Origin: Spirochaetia bacterium
GTDB taxonomy: Bacteria > Spirochaetota > Spirochaetia > SP-2023
Direction: 5' to 3'
Length of the DNA: 64,000 nucleotides
NCBI GenBank assembly: GCA_965225855.1
Contig: CBDDCK010000001.1
Coordinates: forward strand, 192,001 to 256,000
Below the pieces are notes generated by a model that saw only the letters and a list, made by a program, of their open reading frames with translations, ran no database searches and had not been told where the DNA came from. This document shows positions 49,009-59,071 of this stretch, in pieces. The position numbers were made by a program, and so were the translations under genes. The stretch's first letter is position 1, and the number at the start of each line of letters is the position of its first letter.

Positions 49009-51039
49009 ATGTATAAGCTCAAACTACTTTTATTGCCTGTAGCATTGCTACTGGCCTTTATGGCCTTGGCCTGCGCACCACCCGATGACGATGATCGATC
49101 TTCTGGGCCATCTTCTGGGCCGTCTATCAATAATGCCATCTACGACTTTGCTACGGCTCTGTTAACCGTACAAGGTACTGACTTAAGTCCTACAGAAGCG
49201 CAAATCCAAACTATCACGGTAGCTGGCCTAGCCTTAAGTTCCTATATTGCAGATGCCAAACCCACTGGGCCAAATAGTAACAGTCTTGCAAAAGGTAAGT
49301 ACCGTATGAAAAGCGATGGCACAGCGCTTTGGCTGAAACTTAAAGATGAACATAAAGCTGCTCTTGAGGCCAAGGTGGGTAGCAATGGTCTAAAAAAAGG
49401 GTTGCTTACTAGCTCTGGTGCTTGGGCGGGTTTAGATACAGCCAAAGACTTAACCGTTAGCAATATACCCGATAAGCAGTCGCCTAAGCAAGCTGAACAA
49501 GCTGAACAAGCTGAAGAAGAGTCGCCTAAGCAACCTAAAGACGAACAAGTCGAACAAGCTGAAGAGGAGTCGCCTAAGCAACCTAAAGCCGAAGAGCAGT
49601 CGCCTAAAGCCGCAATTACCGGTGCAAGCTACAATGTTGGCACGGCGCTGTTAACCTTGCAAGGTACTGACTTAGGTAGTGCGACCCAAGCCCAAATCCA
49701 AACCATCGTAGTAGATGGGGTAGCCTTAAGTTCCTATACTGCAGATGACGATGCCACTGGGCCAGATAGTCGCGGTCTTGCAAAAGGTAAGTACCGCCTA
49801 CATAGCGCTGGCACAGCGCTTTGGCTTTACCTTACCGATCAACATAAAACTACTCTGAATGGCAAGACAGGTATGGATAGCAATGGTCTAAAAGATGGGT
49901 TGCTTACTAGCACTGGTACTTGGGCGGGTTTAGATACAGCCAAAGGCTTGGCCGTTAGTGGAAACCCCGCAATTACCCGTGCAACTTACCATGTTGGCAC
50001 GGCTCTGTTAACTGTACAAGGTACTGACTTAGCTAGTGCGACCCAAGCGCAAATCCAAACCATCGTGGTAGATGGCTTAGCCTTAAGTTCCTATATTGCA
50101 GATGAGGATGCCACTGGGGCAGATAGTCGCGGTCTTGCAAAAGGTAAGTACCGCCTGCATAGCGCTGGCACAGCCATTTGGCTTTACCTTACCGATCGAC
50201 ATAAAACTACTCTGAATGGCAAGACAGGTATGGATACCAATGGTAGAAAAGTCGGGTTGCTTGCTAGCACTGGTGCTTGGGCAGGTTTAGATACAGCCAA
50301 AGACTTGGCCGTTATTGGAAACCCACCCGCAATTACCAGTGCAACCTACAATGTTGCTACAAGTGTGTTAGTGATTACAGGTGTCAATTTACCAAAATCA
50401 GTGTATGGCTGGGACTTTAGCAAATTGAGGTTTGTCGCAGGTGATGGCCGTAAGAGTCAACCATTATTCAAGCACAGCACAACCGGTAAAGGTATACACA
50501 GATCCATAGGTTCTGCAGCAAGTGCAACAAGCTTAACGATTACTTTAAGCGGTAGTATTCAAAAAGGGAACGCCAATAAGATATTGGTTAAGAATGGTGA
50601 TAGTGATGATGCTGGTGCATACAACCTGGAAGCAGCAGCAGGATTTGCAGGTGGTAGCGCTGAAGACCTAACCAACCCTATTACCGTTAGTGGGTATGTA
50701 ATTTCTATCACTGGAGCATACTACAGTCCTAATAATGGCAATTTATTGATTCAGGGTACTAATTTACCGAGAACAATTGCAGAGTGGGACTTTAGCAAAT
50801 TGACGCTTGTATCCGGTGATGGTAGTAAGAGATACAAATTACCCCAGCACTCAACCACAGGTGAAAACAGAGCCGAAGGTTCTAATGCAAGTGCAATAAG
50901 CGTATTGATTACTTTAAGCGGTAGTGTAAAAGCCAAAGTCGATGCTATACTGGTTAAGAATGGCAACCTGGAAGCAGCAGCAGGATTTGTACCTGGTAGC
51001 GCAGAAGACCTAACCAATAAGATTATAGTTTTTAATTGA
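49009..51039 (+). CDS. Modular surface lipoprotein, paralog 3 (signal-A-linker-A-A-B-B)
   Basis: Same lipobox; three A and two B modules; last B module lacks the D..D..GAY segment. Confidence 0.9.
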   Translation: MYKLKLLLLPVALLLAFMALACAPPDDDDRSSGPSSGPSINNAIYDFATALLTVQGTDLSPTEAQIQTITVAGLALSSYIADAKPTGPNSNSLAKGKYRMKSDGTALWLKLKDEHKAALEAKVGSNGLKKGLLTSSGAWAGLDTAKDLTVSNIPDKQSPKQAEQAEQAEEESPKQPKDEQVEQAEEESPKQPKAEEQSPKAAITGASYNVGTALLTLQGTDLGSATQAQIQTIVVDGVALSSYTADDDATGPDSRGLAKGKYRLHSAGTALWLYLTDQHKTTLNGKTGMDSNGLKDGLLTSTGTWAGLDTAKGLAVSGNPAITRATYHVGTALLTVQGTDLASATQAQIQTIVVDGLALSSYIADEDATGADSRGLAKGKYRLHSAGTAIWLYLTDRHKTTLNGKTGMDTNGRKVGLLASTGAWAGLDTAKDLAVIGNPPAITSATYNVATSVLVITGVNLPKSVYGWDFSKLRFVAGDGRKSQPLFKHSTTGKGIHRSIGSAASATSLTITLSGSIQKGNANKILVKNGDSDDAGAYNLEAAAGFAGGSAEDLTNPITVSGYVISITGAYYSPNNGNLLIQGTNLPRTIAEWDFSKLTLVSGDGSKRYKLPQHSTTGENRAEGSNASAISVLITLSGSVKAKVDAILVKNGNLEAAAGFVPGSAEDLTNKIIVFN

Positions 51040-51093
51040 TGTTGGTAAGTAAGGTTTGGTTATTGCTGTAAGCAAGGCTTGCATTGGCCAATT

Positions 51094-51129
51094 GCAGCCT
51101 TGGTAAGTTTTTTTATCAAGGCTGCTTTT
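51094..51129 (+). terminator. Intrinsic terminator after paralog 3
   Basis: gcagccttggtaa...ttatcaaggctgctttt. Confidence 0.7.
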
Positions 51130-51163
51130 ACCAAGTTATAGCCATTCTGGAAAGTAGAAGAGT

Positions 51164-51208
51164 CGAGTTATCACGTCCGATGGCACAAAGTTATCACGTC
51201 CTGCATCA
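51164..51208 (-). repeat. Right terminal inverted repeat, copy after paralog 3
   Basis: cgagttatcacgtccgatggcacaaagttatcacgtcctgcatca, one mismatch to 38910-38954. Confidence 0.8.
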
Positions 51209-51656
51209 TAGAATGGCTCAAGATAGAACTTACATAAAGCAGTATAGACCACGAAGGGCCATTAGAAAACTGGCTAATTAAGCTTATGAATCTACATAGA
51301 GTCTGGACAAGATTAGAGATATGCTTTCCTGCTGCGCCTCGGCCTTTTTACCTCGCACTCTGCTTTCCAAAATAAGATTGATCTACTTATATTTATCTCG
51401 ATTATTTTCTTGCGAATGTTAGCAACAATAGAATCGATGGGTAATTTCTTGAGATTTTGGTATAAACAACCGCATCTTTGTTGCTATGGTAATTTTATCT
51501 CTTTGTTGCTCAATATTGCATTGATAATCGTATAGCAATTTTGGATATTTTATCAACAAGCCCTTTTTGATCGGGGGGGCTTTGATAAGTAGTTTGTGTG
51601 TTTGCAATGGTTTTACTTACATGTACTTGTGAATGTTAGCAAAAAATTTATAAAAT

Positions 51657-53846
51657 CTAGCGATTCATTGAATCACTAAAATTTTGTAAAGAACGCTGTT
51701 GTTGTTCTAGCTGATTTAACGCACCTTCCATTTGGCCATATTTACGTTTTAAACCAGACTCATAATCTTTTAAATAATCTTTATAATCGGCAATTCTGCG
51801 CTCACTATCTTGGATATTGCGCTCTAAATCTTTTACTCTGTAGGGAATAGGCCCGTTTGGTTGTGTATAGCTACTACTGATTTTTTGTACTTCCAGCGAG
51901 CTGCCACTGTCTATGATAAAATCCCCATCGTTATCGCGGCCAAATAAATCCTGCACCATGATAAAATTATCTTCCATTGCTTGGCGGAATATTTCCGTAT
52001 CAAATTCTAAATATCCGCGCAGCTTACTTTGGTCAATGCCACCTTGGAAGCCAGAGAGATTTCCAGAAATTCCCACATCAGATAGAACACGTGTGCCCAA
52101 TTCGGTAGGGTAGCCATCGGAAACACTGCTTATCAAGCGATATTTCAAATTGATAATACTACTATCGCTGCGCATTAAACCCAGCACTTTGCGGGCCTCT
52201 TCTTCTTGCTTTTCGGTAAATGATGTTTTTTCGCGGATAATATTGTCATTTGTACTGCTAACCACGTTGACTTGAGTCATCAAATCATTATAAGAAGTGA
52301 TAAACTCGGCTACTTTTTGAATTATGGTTTCGTAATCAGGTTCGGTGCGAATGATAATATCTTCATCAGGTTTGGCTTTTTTTACTTGTAATGTTAGGCC
52401 GGGCAGCAAATCATCAATATTATTATTGGCTCGTTCGGTTTCCACGCCCAAGTACGATATTTTGGCATTTTGGGCCATGCGAATAGGGTGGGCGCCCAAA
52501 TAGCCATCTTTAATTTCTGTATTTTCAAAACGTAAATCACGCAGAACAATATTTTTATCGGGATTGGGGTTGCGGATGATTACCTCGTCAATATTGCGTA
52601 GTTTGTCTATACTATCCAATGCCAATATTTCTTCATGGGCTATTGTCGATATTTGCACTTCGCCTTCTTTAGGGCCCGCAGCAATTCGGCGGTCTTGCTG
52701 CACAAAATAAAAATTGGCAACAGGATTAAACAAATTGATGGGTTGTTCATCTGGTTCCGATTTATTCTTTTTTGTTCTTTGTTTCAGGGGAGCAGGGGCG
52801 CTATCTTCTGCAGGGGGAAGATCATCGGGGGTAATGTGAATAAATGCGGAATCACTACCCGCACTGTCAATACGAATATCGTCTAACTCTGCATAAGGTG
52901 GGGGCGGAATTTTACTGGCATCACGGCTACTAAAGCGGGAACGATTTTTAACTCCAAAATCTTCGGGCAGCTGTGGGCCTTCTTTTTTGGGCTTATTCGG
53001 TACATTGTCTGGAGTATTGCTAATCAGCGGAAGTTTTTCGCTAGGGATTTCTATTTCATAGCGCATCACTCCACCAGAGCGCACCGTATAGTTATTGGGC
53101 AAACTAATACGCAATTCTTGGCCGGGCCCAATATTGACTTTATTTTCTGTTTCAGAAAGTTTATAGTTAGAAAGTTTGTTGAATGGTTTAATAAGAGTTG
53201 TTTTGAGCAAGTCAAGCCGAAGGGAATCGGCATCGAGAATTAAACCCGTTTTTACAGCAAACTCTTTTCCAAGGTCTTTAAATTGAAGGCGATGTTCTGC
53301 TCCGCTTTTTACGGCACTAAATACCAAAACCCTGTTGGAACCTCGATTTTTAATAATATGAAACTGGGCTATACCCCTTAGTTGACGGTTGGCTATACTT
53401 ATAAATTGTTGCAGTACCCCTCCAGAAAATGTAAAAGATTTGGTATTTTCTCCTGAACCAAATGTATACTCTCCACTGGGTACCATATAATCATTATTGA
53501 TTTCATTGGAACGCAAGCTATCCGTTTGGGCCACTTGTAAAACCCGCACGGTGTATTCGCCATTTTCAGCCTGCCTGTTGTTACTAACTGTCAATACATT
53601 TTCGTCAGAACTACTAGAAAATTTCTGGCGGAAAGGGTTATCTATGTTGTATAGGGTCCTCGAGCTATCTTCTAGTTTATTGGTCAAAATATTGATGCTT
53701 TGCCAGACATTGCGTTTGAGCTCAAACTGGTCATGGTCTTCTTCCATTTGGTTGAGCTGGATTTCTTTGGCTTTGACCAAGCCACCAATAATCGTATCGG
53801 TTTTATATTTACTTTTGGTAATACCTGGAATACTTAGATCGGACAT
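51657..53846 (-). CDS. fliD: Flagellar filament cap protein FliD
   Basis: MSDLSIPG...Y.T..II..L, V.QVAQ, NNIDDLLPGLTL, C-terminal K.KYGQMEGALNQL. Confidence 0.9.
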   Translation of the reverse strand: MSDLSIPGITKSKYKTDTIIGGLVKAKEIQLNQMEEDHDQFELKRNVWQSINILTNKLEDSSRTLYNIDNPFRQKFSSSSDENVLTVSNNRQAENGEYTVRVLQVAQTDSLRSNEINNDYMVPSGEYTFGSGENTKSFTFSGGVLQQFISIANRQLRGIAQFHIIKNRGSNRVLVFSAVKSGAEHRLQFKDLGKEFAVKTGLILDADSLRLDLLKTTLIKPFNKLSNYKLSETENKVNIGPGQELRISLPNNYTVRSGGVMRYEIEIPSEKLPLISNTPDNVPNKPKKEGPQLPEDFGVKNRSRFSSRDASKIPPPPYAELDDIRIDSAGSDSAFIHITPDDLPPAEDSAPAPLKQRTKKNKSEPDEQPINLFNPVANFYFVQQDRRIAAGPKEGEVQISTIAHEEILALDSIDKLRNIDEVIIRNPNPDKNIVLRDLRFENTEIKDGYLGAHPIRMAQNAKISYLGVETERANNNIDDLLPGLTLQVKKAKPDEDIIIRTEPDYETIIQKVAEFITSYNDLMTQVNVVSSTNDNIIREKTSFTEKQEEEARKVLGLMRSDSSIINLKYRLISSVSDGYPTELGTRVLSDVGISGNLSGFQGGIDQSKLRGYLEFDTEIFRQAMEDNFIMVQDLFGRDNDGDFIIDSGSSLEVQKISSSYTQPNGPIPYRVKDLERNIQDSERRIADYKDYLKDYESGLKRKYGQMEGALNQLEQQQRSLQNFSDSMNR

Positions 53847-53862
53847 TGACTCTACATTCTCA

Positions 53863-54900
53863 TTATTTTTGCTCTACAGAGGGTATAGTTGAGTTGGGAT
53901 TTTTCGCAGTTTGAGTTTGGGCTGGAGCTGTATAACTATTGCGGTACAGATTGCGTACATCCTCTGTTGTGAGCACTCGATCCCATAGACGGAAATCATC
54001 CATTTGTCCAATTAAATTAAAAGTATTGTGGTCTTCTTTGATTTTACCATTTTTATCGGTACTGCGGTAAAGGGCCGTCATTAACAGCAAATCCGAAACA
54101 TTTTTTTGGTAAAGTTCGTAGTTAATATCGGTTGAAAAAATGAGGCTGCCGTTGACGTATGCGTTAAGTTGTTGATTACCAAAACTAACTACAACATGAT
54201 TCCAAACTAAATTATTGGGGATAGCATTGTCTATAAGATAGGGGTGGTAACCACTATTTTGATCAACTAGAAAAATAAATAATCTCCCCCCTCCGTCAGA
54301 AGAATTGCCTACATTGGTATAGGCAATAGTAAATATGCCATCAGCAGTTTGGGTATTGGTATAAGCTGCTTTCCACTTGCTAACTAAGTATTGTGGGCGA
54401 TTGGTATCGAAACTGCGGAACCAGAAGCTCAAAGTCAATTGCTTAAGTGTATTGAGAATAGGAGTCGTTCGGATACGAACATAGCTGCCCGAACCTGTAC
54501 TCAATACCGATTTTTGGGGCTCATTGCGAGGGTCATCACTAAAAGGTATGATGCCGTTGCTGGCAATCTCTAAAACTTCAGAACCTAAATTTTTGAAGTT
54601 TCTATCAAATGGCAAATGGATTAATGGTGGCCCACCGTTTCTTACAATATTGTCGGATGCTATTTCACTATTTGCGATACTTTGGCCAAAGCGCCCACCT
54701 ACTACGGAAGTCTTTGGTATTCTTAGTTGGCTATCTGCTTGAGAATCGTAAAATACAATCGTCTCTTCATCCATAGAGAAAATTGAACCCCTAAGTATAC
54801 GGCCATCGTTTAAAACCAAGGTGTCTTCTGCGTAAAGGGATTTTATCGCCAATTGGAACAACAGCACGGCTAGAAATAAGTTCTTTTTACTAAAAGTCAT
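53863..54900 (-). CDS. Exported LamG/concanavalin A-like jelly-roll protein
   Basis: Signal peptide; TLSFWF, WNHVVVSF....AYVNG, GQMDDFRLWDRVLT. Confidence 0.8.
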   Translation of the reverse strand: MTFSKKNLFLAVLLFQLAIKSLYAEDTLVLNDGRILRGSIFSMDEETIVFYDSQADSQLRIPKTSVVGGRFGQSIANSEIASDNIVRNGGPPLIHLPFDRNFKNLGSEVLEIASNGIIPFSDDPRNEPQKSVLSTGSGSYVRIRTTPILNTLKQLTLSFWFRSFDTNRPQYLVSKWKAAYTNTQTADGIFTIAYTNVGNSSDGGGRLFIFLVDQNSGYHPYLIDNAIPNNLVWNHVVVSFGNQQLNAYVNGSLIFSTDINYELYQKNVSDLLLMTALYRSTDKNGKIKEDHNTFNLIGQMDDFRLWDRVLTTEDVRNLYRNSYTAPAQTQTAKNPNSTIPSVEQK

Positions 54901-55188
54901 TACTGTCTGTTTCTCGCATTTTCGTTTTTGTTTGAGCTGAAAAGCATAGCCTGTATTTTCACATAGATTGGGGTGCTTGTCCATAACCGAAAACGAATTA
55001 TGCTGTGATTGGCTTTGCAATGCAAGAGCAAGACGGATAGCTAATTTTACTTTCGTTATTAGATTCCAAACGAGATTACTTAAATCAACATATTTTGCTT
55101 TGTTCATAAAATAAGACTGAATAAGACTGACCCGAAAACTGAGGAGAAAAAGATCGTAGTTTGGGGACAGTTTTTACCTGTAAAAACT

Positions 55189-56529
55189 TTAGGCAGAAGG
55201 CTCAACCATAATGTCTTTTAATTTCGGCTGTTTGGCTAAGTCTTTTCCTAAGCCCCGCAGGCTTGCTGGGTTTTGATAACTGGCACTGGCAAAATTATAG
55301 CAAAAATTCGTGTGGGCATCGTAGCGGTTTTCCAACAGAGCAACCGCATCTTCGGTCATAACCAGTTCTTCATCGGTAGGAATGACGAAAATTTTAATCG
55401 GGGAATTATGACTAGATATTTCGGTTTCGCAATTTCTTGTGCGGGAAATCGCATTTTTGTCTTGGTCAAGCTGGAAGCCCAATCTATCTATATCTTCGAG
55501 TATTCCCTTGCGATACTCTGGGCTCATTTCCCCAACGCCGGCGGTAAAGATTAAGGCATCAACACGGCCTAAAGAGGCTGCATAGGCACCAATTTGTTTG
55601 CGTACGCGGTAGCATTCCATTTCAAAAGCCAACTTAGCCCGTTCACTGCCTTCTTGATATTTGGCATAAACATCGCGGCGGTCGGTTAAACCTTCGGTTA
55701 TTCCGAGGATACCACTTTGCTTGTTGAGCTTCTGGTCAATATCTTTGAGGCTACAGCTAAGGCGCTCTGCCATAAAGGGGATAATTGCTGGGTCTATATT
55801 ACCAGAGCGGGTGCCCATCATTAAGCCCTCTAGTGGGGTAAGGCCCATAGTTGTATCAATACAAACCCCATCTTTTACGGCACACATACTAGAACCATTA
55901 CCAATGTGGGCTATAATGAGGTTTGTTGCTACAGGTTTTTTGCCCAATAATACAGCCGCTCTTTTGGCTGTATACAGGTAGGAAATACCGTGGAAACCAT
56001 AGCGGCGCACTTGATAATTGCTATACCATTCATAGGGCAAGGGGTACATAAAGGCTTTAGCAGGCATAGTTTGGTGCCAAGCGGTATCCATAATGGCACA
56101 GTGTGTGGCCTTGGGAAGGGCTTTTTGCGCTGCTTTTATGCCACTAATTTGGGGGGGCATGTGTAAAGGCCCTAAATAAGTTAAGCTTTCAAAGACCTTC
56201 ATCGCCTCTTTATCGATGATGGTGGATTTGGTGAACGCCTCGCCACCGTGGAGCACCCTGTGCCCTACAGTTTGAATTTCCGATAGAGGGATTCCAGAAG
56301 CTTTGATTTCTGCTATAATCCAAGATAGGGCTTGATCATGGTCAGTGCAGTCTTTGTTCTTTACCCATTCTGTACTATCGCTCAGGTGGACTTCCAGCCG
56401 AGTGTTGGGTTGGCTGATACGTTCTACTAAGCCAACTAATAGAACTTCTTTTATGGCCCAGTTATAGATTTGGAATTTTGCAGATGAACTACCACAATTT
56501 AAGGTTAAAACAAGCATTTGTTTCTCCAC
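55189..56529 (-). CDS. ackA: Acetate kinase
   Basis: LNCGSSSAKF, GHRVLHGG, RRYGFHG, GLMMGTRSG, FTAGVGE, PTDEEL. Confidence 0.96.
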   Translation of the reverse strand: MEKQMLVLTLNCGSSSAKFQIYNWAIKEVLLVGLVERISQPNTRLEVHLSDSTEWVKNKDCTDHDQALSWIIAEIKASGIPLSEIQTVGHRVLHGGEAFTKSTIIDKEAMKVFESLTYLGPLHMPPQISGIKAAQKALPKATHCAIMDTAWHQTMPAKAFMYPLPYEWYSNYQVRRYGFHGISYLYTAKRAAVLLGKKPVATNLIIAHIGNGSSMCAVKDGVCIDTTMGLTPLEGLMMGTRSGNIDPAIIPFMAERLSCSLKDIDQKLNKQSGILGITEGLTDRRDVYAKYQEGSERAKLAFEMECYRVRKQIGAYAASLGRVDALIFTAGVGEMSPEYRKGILEDIDRLGFQLDQDKNAISRTRNCETEISSHNSPIKIFVIPTDEELVMTEDAVALLENRYDAHTNFCYNFASASYQNPASLRGLGKDLAKQPKLKDIMVEPSA

Positions 56530-57042
56530 GTATTTTTAGTGGGCCATACTAGCACAATTGGTGGAAAATATCAAGCATAAGAACTCTAACTACGATAGCT
56601 ATGGCCAGGTATTTTATTCTACAAAAAACGCCTTATCAATCTAAATATCCTCAAATGCATAGCTATCATTTATTTTTATCACGGCCCTAACTAGAAATTG
56701 TTTTATGCCTAGGTGATAACTATTGTAAGAATAAACAGTATCTAACTACTGGAAATACTAAGGTGTGGTATTCTAATAAAGTAAGTATCTATAGTAAAAC
56801 TAGGCTTGTTAGTACTAGCAGATGTTATAGCCGTTACCTTTAGCCCTCTATCAGAGATACTCCACATTGCTGTTGTACACAGGCTTATCACCTACATTGG
56901 CAAGCGTGAATCTTTCAGTTAGAAATATTCATGCCTAGATTGTTATTGATTAAAAGACGTTAGTACTTTATTAGTTTTGTTGTTCTTATTTGTAAATCCT
57001 AGTAGTTGTGCTAGATTAAAGCAATTGGTAAGAGAAAAGGAA

Positions 57043-57684
57043 ATGACTAAAAAAGAAAGAGCCTCTCATATAATGCAGGAGCTAAACAGAATATATCCTT
57101 CGGTTCCGATTCCGTTGGAGCATAAAGACCCTTATACTTTATTGATTGCAGTTTTACTTTCTGCCCAATGTACTGATGTTCGTGTCAACCAAGTTACACC
57201 GTATTTGTTTGCAAAGGCGGACAATCCCTACGATATGGTAAAGCTTAGCATTGAGCAAATCGCTGCGATTATTCGCCCCTGTGGGCTTGCTCTTAGGAAA
57301 TCTCGGGGAATTTACGGTTTATCGGAAATCTTGCTTGCAAAGTATAAAGGCCAAGTACCACAAAGCTTTGAAGAACTAGAGGCGCTTCCTGCGGTGGGTC
57401 ATAAGACGGCAGGCGTTGTTCTTGCGCAGGCTTTTGGAATAGCTACTTTTCCTGTCGATACCCATATCCACAGGCTTGCCCAGCGTTGGAGCCTAAGCTC
57501 TGGAAAAAATGTTGTGCAAACAGAGCTGGACCTAAAAACGGTATTTCCCCAAGAGGCTTGGAATAAGTTACATTTACAGATAATTTGGTATGGCCGAGAA
57601 TATTGTAAAGCTCGAACTTGCTATGGCTTAGATTGCCCTATTTGCAAAGCGTTATTTCCCCAGAGGAAAATACAGGTAAAGTAA
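57043..57684 (+). CDS. nth: Endonuclease III
   Basis: LLSAQCTD.RVN, HhH LP.VG.KTA, PVDTHI.R, C-terminal Cys cluster. Confidence 0.93.
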   Translation: MTKKERASHIMQELNRIYPSVPIPLEHKDPYTLLIAVLLSAQCTDVRVNQVTPYLFAKADNPYDMVKLSIEQIAAIIRPCGLALRKSRGIYGLSEILLAKYKGQVPQSFEELEALPAVGHKTAGVVLAQAFGIATFPVDTHIHRLAQRWSLSSGKNVVQTELDLKTVFPQEAWNKLHLQIIWYGREYCKARTCYGLDCPICKALFPQRKIQVK

Positions 57685-57918
57685 AGATTTTTTAATATTT
57701 CAGCTAGAAATTCCGAATATAATCAGTAGCCTATGCTGAAGGTGAATCGAGGAAAAGAATACAAGATTTCAATTATTGTAATTGAAGTCCTTTCATGGGT
57801 GGATTATTATGGAATCCTATTTTAGATTTTTTCACTTTAGTTTTAAAAAGTTATTCCCTTTTACTTTGATTTATCATATAACTTCGTTATTAATATTTTT
57901 GCTGCGCTGGAGCTTGTT

Positions 57919-58893
57919 TTGAAGTCGGTATTGAAATTGCGTACTCTTTGGTCTTTTTGGTTGTTGTGTTTCTTCAGCCTTAATACAGCTAGTATCTTTG
58001 CTGTCCAGTTTACTTTGGCTTACTTTGAAAAAGAATCATATTATACGAATTCTGAAATTCGTATTAAAGCCATATTGTTTAATGATGGCAATGAGGCTTT
58101 TTTCTTTCGTGCTGCGGACAATCGAATTTTCAATTTGAATGTCGATGTTCGTACTTTGGATAATAAAGCCCTGAAAGAATCGGCTAATCGTGCTATGTTG
58201 CTCAATAGTACTAGGCCCTATTTTTATCGAGATATTTCTTTAGAACCGGGTGAGGAATATGCCTTTATTTTTACTTTGAATAACTTTGTTGAAATTGATT
58301 CACCTGGGATATTTATTTTAGGGGCAAACTACAAGACGGATTTAACCTCACAAAATGTAATTGAATCGAATAAGCTATACTTAAATATTTATCCTCGGAT
58401 TCCTGCTAAGCCGGAATATAATGAACGCATAGATAGTAAAACGAAAGAACTGTTGAGAGAACAAGAATTGAGTCCTGATCAAGTGGTTTCCAGTACATTG
58501 AAATCTCTGTTAGAAGAATCTTGGAACCGTTATTTCTTGTATCTCGATTTAGAGTATTTGATTCGCCAAAGTAGTTACTACTACCGTCGTTTCCTTGCTT
58601 CTAATGAACAAGAACAACGCAGATTATTGAGTAATTTTCGTCAAGCCTTAATCGATGGCACTATTCCAGAAATGGCAGCGATGCTGGATAAGCCAGAAAA
58701 ATTTGAAGTTATTCGTACCACATATACCCAGCAAGAAGCAGAAGTTATTGTCTCCATTACTTTTGAACGCAAAGGCTATACGGAAATAATGCGATATACA
58801 TATTATCTACATAGGAAATATAATCAAAACAAGGTAGGTAATATTTGGTATATCTACCGAATAGCGACTCAATTGGTTCGTGGTGATTCTTAG
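57919..58893 (+). CDS. Exported hypothetical protein
   Basis: 324-aa ORF with signal peptide. Confidence 0.7.
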   Translation: MKSVLKLRTLWSFWLLCFFSLNTASIFAVQFTLAYFEKESYYTNSEIRIKAILFNDGNEAFFFRAADNRIFNLNVDVRTLDNKALKESANRAMLLNSTRPYFYRDISLEPGEEYAFIFTLNNFVEIDSPGIFILGANYKTDLTSQNVIESNKLYLNIYPRIPAKPEYNERIDSKTKELLREQELSPDQVVSSTLKSLLEESWNRYFLYLDLEYLIRQSSYYYRRFLASNEQEQRRLLSNFRQALIDGTIPEMAAMLDKPEKFEVIRTTYTQQEAEVIVSITFERKGYTEIMRYTYYLHRKYNQNKVGNIWYIYRIATQLVRGDS

Positions 58894-59071
58894 AATTTAT
58901 GTTTTTGATGATTGTTCCCTAAATTATATTGAACTATAAACAACCAAAATTCAGTAATGCCTTTATAAAGGCAGGTGAAAATTTACGAACTGTTGTTAAA
59001 TTTATGTCTGCTGGAAATAAAAAACTGCGAACTTTAGCAATATTAGCGTTTATGATTTATATTTATGGGTA

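Noticed and set aside
16190..51039. Diversity-generating retroelement (TR/VR) explanation for module variation
   Set aside because: No reverse transcriptase in the window, and differences between modules include indels and all base types rather than adenine-specific changes
39227..57684. Clustering of repair genes (ung, uvrC, nth) as part of the variation system
   Set aside because: They are ordinary housekeeping orthologs in separate transcription units; proximity alone is not evidence
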